64,000 nt of DNA from NCBI GenBank assembly GCA_047495785.1, contig JBLDXI010000042.1, positions 4,774,001-4,838,000 of the forward strand. The letters run 5' to 3'. Each line of letters opens with the position of its first letter. Within the stretch, counting starts at the first letter, position 1. The translations under genes were made by a program, and so were the position numbers. The DNA is from Lepidodermella squamata (Eukaryota; Animalia; Gastrotricha). Of the stretch, positions 12,638 to 23,300 are shown piece after piece. Under the pieces are notes generated by a model. The model worked only from the letters and a program-made list of their open reading frames with translations. It was not told the DNA's origin and searched no databases.

Positions 12638-14185
12638 GTAAAATTTAAAAATCAATGTTAATCATAATTTTATTAAACCATCGAAAAAATGCAATATTAC
12701 CTTTCAAAAATACAGGCGCTAAAGAGAAAAATGATGAAAAAGCTGGCCTCAATTGCGGTCCACGTGCCCGCCGCTGATCGATGCTGAAATCCGCTCGAAT
12801 GAACACCTTTGAGGTTGTGATCACCGCTTCGACTGCTAGCTAGCGGCTAGCAACCGGTCAAGATATCTCGCCAAAACTTCCAAATTCGGACACTCTTGGG
12901 CCCTGCTTCATAAGACATCGTTTTCCGCGCCCATGTCTCATGCCGACTAAGATCTTCCCAATGTAAAATCAGTAGAATCATGATTTCCCCGAAACTTTCT
13001 GTAGCCCTACTTGGCTTTAAAATCGCGCTAAAACGCTCGTAAATCATTCAAGCTAAACGTCACAGATAATCATTTGTTCTGCTTGTTCCTTGCCAAATCA
13101 TAATTCCTCTGAACTGTGTAATTCATCCAAAAGACAAAATTGCCTCACGTCTTTCAACTACAGGCAATACAAATGTAAGAAAATCATCTATACGAGCATC
13201 GACTGCTGCGTTATTTTAATCGGAGGCTCTGAGAAGGCTTCGAAAAGAAGACTGTACCGGGATAAGGGCACTTTGGCTGAAGCCGGGCGCCTTTTCTATC
13301 AAACCGTTGGTTTCAGGTCTCCGCGCTGCCAGCGCCAGCCCCCATCAAGCTGAAGCCTGAAGTATGAAGCGCCTGACTCATATTGTCTATTTTTAAAGCA
13401 AGAAATAGACGTGAGACACGTTTGAACGCTAAAGTCCACCCGTGAAAGAAAGATTCACCCTGGGGTTGTAACGTTTTTCTGCAGCGGCAATAAGGCATGA
13501 AACAGTGCGTAGGAGTTCGTCCGTCTTATGAATTGTGGATCCCGCTAGAGAAATTTGCGAAAGAAAAGCTCCGTTAATGCATCGCAAATCGTGAATACAT
13601 TATTTTGATTTATTTCAATATTTAATCTACCAGAAAGCTTGTGCAGCGCCTCCCTGACTCTGAAGCCCGTGGAAATCGCAGATAGCTAGACGACTGGGCT
13701 CATAAATCCATTCAGAATCTATCACTTTGCACACAGCGTGACGCGCAGTTAAACAGACACTTTCTTACTTTCTCATGTCACCTGAATACCACGCTGTAAA
13801 ATGTGTTGGGAATTCCTTAACACTTGGCGCCGCTATTTTGGCGCTCGGTTTGCCGAAGAAATTTTCAGCTTTCGATTGATTCTTCACCATAAAGGGAGCG
13901 TTTATTGCTAGTTTGGCTTCACAAGGGTGATTTTCTCAAGGCATTGCGCGCAGTGAACGTCAAATCATTTTATTTCAAGCGATTGATGAAATTATTTGGG
14001 ATTTCATAAAAGCATAAGAATGTTGCGAACGCTAATGAGCTTCATAATGAACAAATTTAATGGATTTACCCGCTTCGAATGAGCTGTCGTGTTTATCACT
14101 GTACATATTATGTGTTTTGAGAAAAGTGCATTAAAACCTACCCAAATATATCATGTTAAACACAATATACCGTTCTTTAATAGCA

Positions 14186-15237
14186 ATGGCTGCCCGAATC
14201 TTTAATTCATTGACTAAACTTGGTGTCGGTCTTGTCGCCGCTGGTGGTGTGGTCAGCACTGCGTTATTTAACGGTGAGTTGATATTTTAAAAATTGTCTG
14301 GATAATATGACATGCCTGTTCTCTAGTTGACGCCGGACACCGCGCCGTCATTTTCGATCGCTTTCGCGGAGTTCAAGACTACGTAATTGGCGAAGGTACC
14401 CATTTCTTGATCCCATGGGTTCAACGCCCCATTTATTTCGACATTCGTACCCGGCCTCGTAACTTCCCGGTCATCACGGGTAGCAAAGGTAAACATTTGA
14501 CGCCATCAAATTTGGAATTATGTTACTATGTTTTTCTTTAAGATATGCAAAACGTCACTGTGACGCTGCGTATTCTCTTCCGACCATCGATCGAGCAGTT
14601 GCCCAAAATTTTCACAAACCTTGGTTTGGATTACGACGAGCGCGTTTTCCCCTCCATTACTACTGAAGTTTTGAAGGCCGTGGTTGTAAGTTTTATTCAG
14701 CTGCTTGTAATATCGAGTGATATTCACCCTACAAATCTAGGCCCAATTTGATGCCTCTGAGCTCATTACTCAACGAGAAGTCGTCTCTCAACGCGTGGCG
14801 CAAGAACTTACCGAACGATCAGCTGCGTTCGGTTTAATTATCGATGACATTTCACTGGTAAATTTTTAGATACATTTCTAAGAAACATATTTTTATCTCT
14901 TGCATTGATTTTTGTGTAGACTCATTTGACTTTCGGCCGTGAATTCACGTCAGCCGTCGAAGCCAAGCAGGTCGCGCAGCAAGACGCTGAACGAGCTCGT
15001 TTCCTCGTCGAACGAGCCGAACAGTTCAAGAAAGCTGCGATTGTCGCGGCTGAGGGTGACGCGAAAGCCGCCGAGCTGGTCAGCAAGTCGCTGCAGGAAG
15101 CCGGCGAGGGTCTCATTGAGTTGCGTCGCATCGAAACTGCCGAGATCATTGTCGACCAGCTGGCGAAAGCTAAGGGCGTCGTTTTCATCCCGGAAACTCA
15201 GCCACTGCTGCTCAACCTGAACGCTGGCGGTCAGTAA
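14186..15237 (+). CDS. PHB1: Prohibitin 1, 5 exons
   Basis: Exons 14186-14273, 14327-14488, 14543-14685, 14741-14857, 14920-15237. [57 protein letters not shown]. Confidence 0.97.
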
Positions 15238-15609
15238 TAACGAAAAAGAGTAGATAAATTTCAGTCATTCAAATAAGCCTAGTGTGTGCATTCTCCCGAT
15301 TTTGTAAAACCCTCGGAGTGGATTGTGAATAGTCTGATGGCTGCTGACCAAATGACACAATGGTGATCAATCAAAAATTGTTAACGATTATAGTGCCATT
15401 CCCATATAACGGGCCTCTTTACATGATACTGTGCATAAATAAATTGTTGCTAAGCGAAAATGGCCGTGTTTTGTTAATTCAATGAAAGACAGTAAAATTC
15501 AGAGATCAATTTATTCCGAAATATCTGAGAAAATAAAATGGTTCATCACATAATTTGCTAGTAGTTCATTCCGCTTTGGTTACCGAAAAGAATATTATAT
15601 GGGATTAAT

Positions 15610-16306
15610 TCATTGTCCGAGATAATCCTGACGGCCGTTGTAATCATCCTGCCGAGCCTCGTAGTGCTCTGCAAACTGTTGCTCCCTACGAGCAGCCTCA
15701 GCTTCGGCCTCTTCAGGGCGGCGGCAAGCTGCAGCTTTCAATAACCGCTTCTGATCTCCCCTCGGGTAGCATTCGGGTAATTCAACTCCGGCGCTGGGAT
15801 GATGATCTTTCAGCGACTTTTGTCTGCCACTCAGAACAAACTGTGCCTCTTCTTTGTGAGCGACTAATTTACGGGCGGCGTCAGCAGAACGGGCGGTTGG
15901 GACATGTTGACGAGGACCTGAAAAATTTTGAAATTGAAATTTCCGATTTATATCACCGTAAATAGTTTTACCAGGCAGACGAAGGGGTGCATCCCACGTT
16001 CCAACAAAATTCCCCCACGGGGAGTTGTTGCTGCGCTTAACGTTTGGCAAGACATAACCGGCAGGAGTTGCAGCTGCCTGAGTAAAACCATTCCTCGTTT
16101 TCGGGGTCTAGAATGACGTCCCAAATTATAAATGCTTACTGGCATTTTAATGATCATACCTTGGGTGGATATTTGCCAGGAATTTGCCAATTTTGGAGAC
16201 GGTGGGGAACGAAAGCATCTTCGTACTTGAAAAGGTAAGATGTAAAAGCCAGAAAGATTTAATCATTACTCAATGTTACCTGCTCTGCGGAGAAATTTGT
16301 GGCCAT
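15610..16306 (-). CDS. CFAP126: Flattop / CFAP126, 4 exons
   Basis: Exons 16306-16280, 16225-16160, 16107-15972, 15917-15610. MATNFSAEQYEDAFVPHRLQNW...GFTQ...KRSNNSPWGNFVGTWDAPLRLPG is the Flattop N-terminal signature. Confidence 0.93.
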
Positions 16307-17498
16307 TGTATTTCAGCAAGTAATTACTAAAGTAGTAAAACTAGGGTCGAAAATGTAGTGGAAAATTGCATTGAGAGCCAAATAAACGTTCTTGATGCGG
16401 CTTAAATAACGATTGTAAGATGTTAGTTTCATAAGCTGTTATTTTGAAAGCAATGGCATAGGACCCTGTAATGAAGTATGCTGAATAATAAAGAATCTAC
16501 ATGCAGTTGTCCAGACGTCGTTCAATACGCGGCTTCAGGCTTCAGATACTAAACATGGACTGATGATTATCATGAATTGAAATTATCGAGCCTAGTCGGG
16601 AATTTTTCGGCGTTATATAGCGATAAGTGTGAACGAGCTTGTGTTAAACGGCGAAAACTGGTACATCGCGCTCGAAATCCTTTTCGCAAGCAAGATCTTG
16701 ATCTGATACTTATTCGCAAATGAAAATGCAAACATAGGGCAACGGTGAAGATTTATTTCTCAGAATAACCCCATGTTCAGCAGGTCACCTAGATAAATCT
16801 GCAATCACTATTCGCACTTCGTAGCAATAAAAAATGAAATAATCTTCAAGCAAACCCATTTTCCGCCATGTTACGACACAGTTCAGACTATGCGGTGATT
16901 CATGTTAGGTGCTATGAGCTATACAGTACTTTGTATTAGTAATCAAAAGAAAGCAAAGAAATAAACTGGCAGATGAGAAGAGTCTATAGACAGTTCATAG
17001 ATGAAGGTTCGAACAAGCGTTTTCAACAAATTTCTAATGAAACCAAACTATGTAATGCTTGGTACGGTTATCGCTGCTCTGAACATAACCGCCAAGTGAC
17101 ACAATAGAAAAACGCTGAAACCATAACAACGACTTTGTAGGCTAAATAATATTAAATATCGATTTTTATATTTAATTATGTTTTAAAATGGAATGCAACT
17201 TTTGCAAAGCATTAGCAACGAAACAGCGGTATTGGTTACGGCGCAATGTCCTTCTGCGAAGTAATTTCTTGCTAATGTTCACGAGGGAGCGTAAAAGTAA
17301 CCTTGCGACGTCCTTGATGTCACTCCATCAATCCTTATTGTTATTGTTGCAAGTTTGTATGATGTGAATGCTAATATATGACATTTCTTGATAATACTAG
17401 CCTAGTACTTGGTAAATACATTGCTAATACATTGCTATTATTTCATTTCTAGGGAGTGTTTAAACTTTCATCGCACCTAAAGCTAAGAGTTTCTGGCA

Positions 17499-19277
17499 AT
17501 GGTGAGTCTCAATTTATGTCAACTCGTCTTTTCAATGTCAATTTACTTCAATTTTAGCCTGGCAGTGCTGCAACTCACGTCTCGCAAGGGTCTCATGGCT
17601 CACGGAAAGCCAAAACTGCTCTTTACCACGCTGTTGCAAAGAATTCTTATGTTGATGAAGATTTGTTTGGCGAACCGAACAGGTGAGGCAAAATTGTCTT
17701 TGCTTAGCTTATATCCTTAATTCTGATAACCGTTTAGCATAAAAACCCGTCAGCAAATGCTTGAAGATAAATGGAAAAACAAAGACGGCAAGAGCTACGA
17801 AGCAACAGTCCGCGGAGGAGATCACAAAGCCGACAAATTCAGACTTCCCCAGAAAGAAGTCGTTAAAGTTGTTACAAAAGACCTCATTCGAACACTGACC
17901 GTTCCAAAAGAGGAAGACTCTCGCCCTGTCGTGTTGACACGCAACGAAATTGATCGAATCCGCGCTAAAGCTGTCGTTCTTTCAAAGGAGCAGCGAGAAC
18001 AGCTCGAGTACGAAATCAAGAAGCGACACGAGAGCGAGGAGGAAGCCCACATGGCTCGTCGCATGCAACTGCGAGAGCTCGATAAAAGCCGTCGCGAGGC
18101 TGCTCAGCTAAGTGAGCTCGAGTTGGAAGCTCAAGAACGTGCTGAGCATTTACTGCAGCGGGCCAACGAACAGCGAGCCGAACAAGAAGATGAAATCAAA
18201 CGCTTAAATGAGCTGATCCTCAACGCTAAAATTCAAGCGATTCGAGATGCTCAGCTTCAGGAGAAAGAACAAATCCGCACAGAGATGGAATATGAAGAGC
18301 GACGCCTTGACCATATGATGGAAATTGAACGTCAGAATGCGTTGAAAATCCAGGAGGAAATCGAGAAAAAGCGCAAGGAAGAGCGTTTACTTGGCGCTGC
18401 TAAGATCATCGAGCAGATGCAAGAAAATGAACAAGAGCGCCTTCTCGAACTCGAAAAGAAGGACCAAGAAAACATGGCTATGCAAAAGTACCTGCAAAGC
18501 ATGATGCAAGAAGATTTGGAGAAGTTGCGCCGAAAGTGGGAGAAGCAGAAAGAAATGCGCGAGCAACTTCGCATGGCCAACGATGAGATCCTGCGTCGTA
18601 AGGATCTGGTCAAACAGCAAGAAAAGGTGCTCGAAGAACGCGTTATGGCATTCCAGCGCGAGAAAGCCGAGCGAGAAGCTGCCTACGAGAAAGAACAAGA
18701 GCGTATCCGCATCGAAAAGGAGCATGAAGTCGCGCGTCTGAGGGCGTTGCAAGAGCGAGCCCGTGACGAGCAAGCCGAGCGTGACGCGATTCGAGCCCGC
18801 CGTGAACAGGAGCGCCTCGAGCGAGAATGGCGACGCAAAGAAATGGATGAGGCGAGTCGAAAGGCTGCTATCGAGCAGGACATGATCGAGGCGAGGAGGC
18901 TGCAGCAACAGGAGAAGGAGCACTATCTCGCCTTGCAAGCTCAACGCGACCGGGCTGATTTCGAACGAGTTTTACGTGCTCAGAAGCAGATTATCGAGAA
19001 GGAGCAAGACGAGGAGGAAGGCGCTCATCGCCGGCGGACGGTTCACGCCACAGAGTTGCGGCGACAGATCTGCGAGAAGGAACAAGACAGAATCGCAGCT
19101 AAGCAGCAATTCTTCGAGGAAGGCCTCAAATTGGACGAGGAAGCTCGTCTGCGACGAATGCGACTGGACGCCGTCAAGGAGAAGAAGTTGAAAGAACTGA
19201 AAGAGGCCGGCGTGCCTCAGAAGTACCTGTCCGAGGTCGAGCGAAAGGTCAAGGACGCGAATCCACTTAGAGTGTAA
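17499..19277 (+). CDS. CFAP45: CFAP45 (CCDC19), trichohyalin-plectin-homology coiled-coil axonemal protein, 3 coding exons
   Basis: ATG-only exon 17499-17501, then 17558-17682 (...SYVDEDLFG), then 17738-19277 (TKDLIRTL, EQEDEIKRLNELILNAKIQAIRDAQ, KEHEVARLRALQERA, KLKELKEAGVPQKY). Confidence 0.93.
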
Positions 19278-19901
19278 ACAATTTTAACTGGTATAATTAT
19301 TCTCTGTCAAATCTCGGCCATTGATTCATTTATTATTTGTGACGTCCTACATCTTGTACAAAGAAATATCGCTGAACCCCAACTGAAAGAAAAATGAAAT
19401 AGAATTTAATTGAGTTCTCAGCTTGTGTTCTGATATAACTTGCTGGTATTTTGTGATATAAATAAAAATTCAACACTGGTTATTTTCGAAGTTTCATTTT
19501 TTATTAATAACTTATTCTGTCCAGTTCAACCTTGCCGACGTCGTTCGTCGATCGCAACAAATAATAACAATAACAATCGTTAATCGTTAAAACCATTCAA
19601 ATCAAGTTTTTTCAAGGGTCTGTTCAGGCGAGGTATCGTAAATTGTAATAATTTTTTTCTCAGTAATAATGATGATAATAATAATAACAATGTAGCGAGA
19701 GGCGATGAGAATGAAGAAGCGGTGCGAGCGATAGCGGGCGCCAACAAGGTGAAGAACGAACGTATCAAAATATTAGCCAGGCATTGCTTCCAAGACACAA
19801 TTATTAAATCGTAGTAGATTTCATAGCCATCTTTAAACAACTTCACCTTTTTTCGATTATTTTAACTTGATGTTTCCAATAGCTACAGCGGTTATATTAC
19901 A

Positions 19902-20034
19902 CGAGGCGCGAGTCGCGAGAAAAAAATCGGGCTAAATCAGTGAAAAAACCCGAAATTTCGAGAACATTTAAAATTACTTCTCGAATGATTGGTTTCACTG
20001 ATTATCGACCCAGTTTTTCCCGCACTGTGCCTCG
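19902..20034. repeat. Degenerate long inverted repeat (hairpin or MITE-like) in the tensin 3' UTR
   Basis: Left arm CGAGGC...GAAAAA...AATCAGTGAAA...TTCGAGAA; right arm TTCTCGAA...TTTCACTGATT...TTTTTC...GCCTCG. Confidence 0.6.
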
Positions 20035-20140
20035 AAAGTTGTTATACTTTAACGGGCTTTTGCATATTTATTATTGATTTTTTTTCATGTCAAAAAAATT
20101 TGATTATTTGTTTTCTCTCGCAACGAAGGCACAGCAAAGA

Positions 20141-20255
20141 GCCGTAGCCGGGCGCCATTTTAAACGGCGCCAAGTGCCGCCGCCAGCAGTAGGAGACGAT
20201 TCAGACGGGGCGGCACATGGGCGCCGAGCACCAAAAGGCGCCCGGGTGACTCGGC
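20141..20255 (-). other. GC-rich multi-stem hairpin in the tensin 3' UTR
   Basis: Nested complementary pairs CCGGGCGCC/GGCGCCCGG, CGGCGCC/GGCGCCG and GTGCCGCC/GGCGGCAC in an otherwise AT-rich UTR. Confidence 0.6.
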
Positions 20256-20362
20256 AGTTTTAGATTTCGCATTCTTTTTTTATTACTGTATTGTTTCATA
20301 TTATATACAAGTCGGGTGCTTTCGATGATGATGGGTGATTTTTTCCGGTTGGGTGATTTTTC

Positions 20363-23300
20363 TCACGCGTTGTTGGAGGCGGCCAGCGGCAACAGGTGGC
20401 TGTTGACGAAGTCGACGACGGCCTGCGCCGGCTGTTGCGGGTCCAGCTCGGCGAACACGTGGCACTGGTTGTCGGCGGCGGCGGCGCCGGGTTGGCGCCT
20501 CGCAACTAGGCCGAAGATGGCGTCGGCCGAGCCGGGCTTGTTCGCCGAGTTGAAGCGCCGGCTCTCCGGGTCCATGCCGCAGAACAGCACGGAGGCGGGC
20601 GGGTAGTGGCGGCGGAAGAACAGCCGCCGGATGTTGTCCGTCAGCGTCACGCCGGCCGAGTTCACCTTGAATGAACGGGAAAACACACACGCAAATTAGC
20701 CACAAATCGCAAATAAACACGCGAGTAAACAATCGAAAAACACGAAATTTAGCAAATAAAAAATCGATTTTCCCCCTATTTTCCCCGAAGAATAACAGCT
20801 CTAATTGGAGCTTGATGCTCGACAAGGGAATTTCTAGGTAAAAATTGACAAGAATTCGTCCGGAAATCACATTTTCGGGATTAGAAATTACGATAAAACC
20901 CGAAAAATTGAAAAATATTCTGAAAAATGATAAATGGGATTTTTAATTTGTAACGCAGACCACCAATAAATCGGTATCTCTCTCTCTCTCTAGTAACTTA
21001 AAGCCCTAATCATTGAGATTGCCATGAATCATTTTTTTCAGCAGGAAATTTGCTTTTCGATGCCCCTCACATTCTAGCTGGGCAGATGCTTTTCCGAAAT
21101 CCCGACCAAAATTCGGAGATCATGAATAAAATTCCAAAATAATGGCGTTTCTACGAGTATTTCGTTGGTATTCAACTAAAAATGGGGCTATCAAGCTTAT
21201 TTGACCCTGGATTTCTCAAAATATACGTGAGAAATACCAAAAACCCCGAAATTATCAATTTTGATAAATTTTCAGTATTTCTCATAATTCGAGTTTTTAG
21301 AGGTATTTTTGTATCAATTTTATTTTCCATTTTAATTCAAATTAAAGATGTGAAATTTGCCCCGGAATTTCAAAAATACTAGTCAATTTAAAAAAATTTC
21401 ATTTCATTTTTCAAAAATTCAAAATTTCGAAAATTCTGAGCTTTATTGCTTACCTTGAAGTGAACTTGAGTCGAGCGTGATTCGGGTTGGGTCTGGCGCA
21501 GCAGTTGCGTGACCGCGAGGCCAACAGCCCGCGGGCCGGACAGCGACTCGCAGTCGACAGAGCCGAGGTACACGACGTTGCACGCGGCGCCAATGTCTAG
21601 CAGCGACTGCGACGCGTCGTTCGCCTCGCCGTTCTGCGGCCTCTGCACCTGCCGCTCCAGGGTGCCGTTGTGCGAGGCGGGCTGCTCCGGCGCCGGCAGC
21701 ACCAGGGTGCACGGGAGCGCGAGCGGGGTCAACGAGTGCTGGTAGACGAGGGCGCCCAGGCTCGGGAAAACGGGCTCGTTGGCGCAGCCCTTGAGGCGAA
21801 CGCCGCCGCCTGACCGCTCGATCAGGAAGTGGCGCACGAGCTCGGCCTCCGGGTCGGCGCCCGGCTTCGGCGTCACGTTGGCCGGCAGTTGCGCGACCTT
21901 GATCGCCAGGCCGTACGCGCCCTTGAACGTGTTGGAATCGCGGATCAGAAACGTGCCCGGTGGCTTGTTCTTGAGCAGCGTTATCGCCTCGTCGCGGCTG
22001 ATGTTAGCGCGGTACCACAGGCGTGATGAGTCGTTCACCGCACGGGGCAGAGTCGAGGTCGAACCTAAATAAATAATATTGAAAATTATAAAAGTTCATT
22101 GATTCAAAATTTCAAAAAATGAGAACACGTTGGAACTTGAAATTGACCACAAAAAATGGGCCAAACAAGGAGTTTCAATATTTTAATTTGAAATTGTGTT
22201 ACAAAAAGATCAAGAAATTTGTTACGAAAAGGTACCTAGTTGGTTACGAAATGTCCCGAGTACCAACTTACTATTCACCGAAGTCTCATAAACGCTCTAA
22301 AATGGTTGATTTCGAAAAATGAAGATGTTAACAAATTTTTCAAATTTCAAAGACATATCGAAGTTAGGGAAATACCAATTATTAGTTCCAAAATATCTTG
22401 AAAAGCCACAGATATTTCAACATATACCTGATGATTTACCTGATGTAAAAGCTTTCAAGGAATTTCGAATTCCTGAAAAATTCGAAATTCGAGATCTCAT
22501 ATTTTCGGAGGCGAAAATAAGAAATTTCCAGTCGGCTTCAAGAGCCGAGCCCGATTAATTTCCAATTTTGAGTCCAATTCTTAGAAGTCTAAAAAGCTGA
22601 TCGTAAGTTTGAATTCATTTCACACACCCCAAAATTTAAAAATAGTAACTTGGAATTTATATCTCAAGAGGTTACAAGTGCTTCATTGTTCTAATTAAAG
22701 ATTCGGAGAGCTTTCTCCGTATTCGAAGGTTGAATAGTCAGAGGCTCTAAATTATCTACAAGTAGCAATAGTCCCAATTAAGATTAAGATTATAAAATTT
22801 ATAAATGCTATAAGCTCAGGTTTCAAATTTTCAAGTCGCGAAACATGCGAAAAATTTGCCAAAAGTATTCTCCACGATATTTTCGGAAGAAAAAGAAGTT
22901 TTATCAAAGAAAACCCGAAAAGCCCTGATGGTGAAGGGTTCGATAATTTTCGGTATTATCCCTGCTTAGATCGCATTTCTCTGGATTTTTCAATCTTATA
23001 GTAAAGTATATCGCTTTTCATATCGTCTGGAATTCACTCAGGTTATAGCCTTTAATTCATCAACGCTTTCTGATCATTTCAAAAAAGTGTTCAAATTTTT
23101 CAAATTTTCAATTTCCCCAAATTTTCGAACTTTTCAAAATTTTCGACTTGAGACACCCTGTAATGTCGTATTATGATTCTAGCCTTACCTATTTGTTGGT
23201 TATTCGCCGCCGGCTGCGTCGGGAATTTCGGAGTCGGAGGCGGTGCCGATTCGCTCGTGCTCGTGCCATTCGTCTGCGTATGAACCTGCGTCTGAACCTG

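Noticed and set aside
12700-13900. Short ORFs between CFAP68 and PHB1
   Set aside because: No domain similarity or consistent splice model found.
17040-17230. X-box half-sites (CCATAACAAC, TTAGCAAC) in the CFAP126/CFAP45 spacer
   Set aside because: Only half-sites; too weak to call by eye, though worth a PWM scan.
17822-18944. Several antisense ORFs over CFAP45
   Set aside because: Shadow frames of a codon-biased coiled-coil exon.
20141-20255. Tensin 3' UTR hairpin as a SECIS element
   Set aside because: Lacks the AUGA...GA quartet on the mRNA strand.
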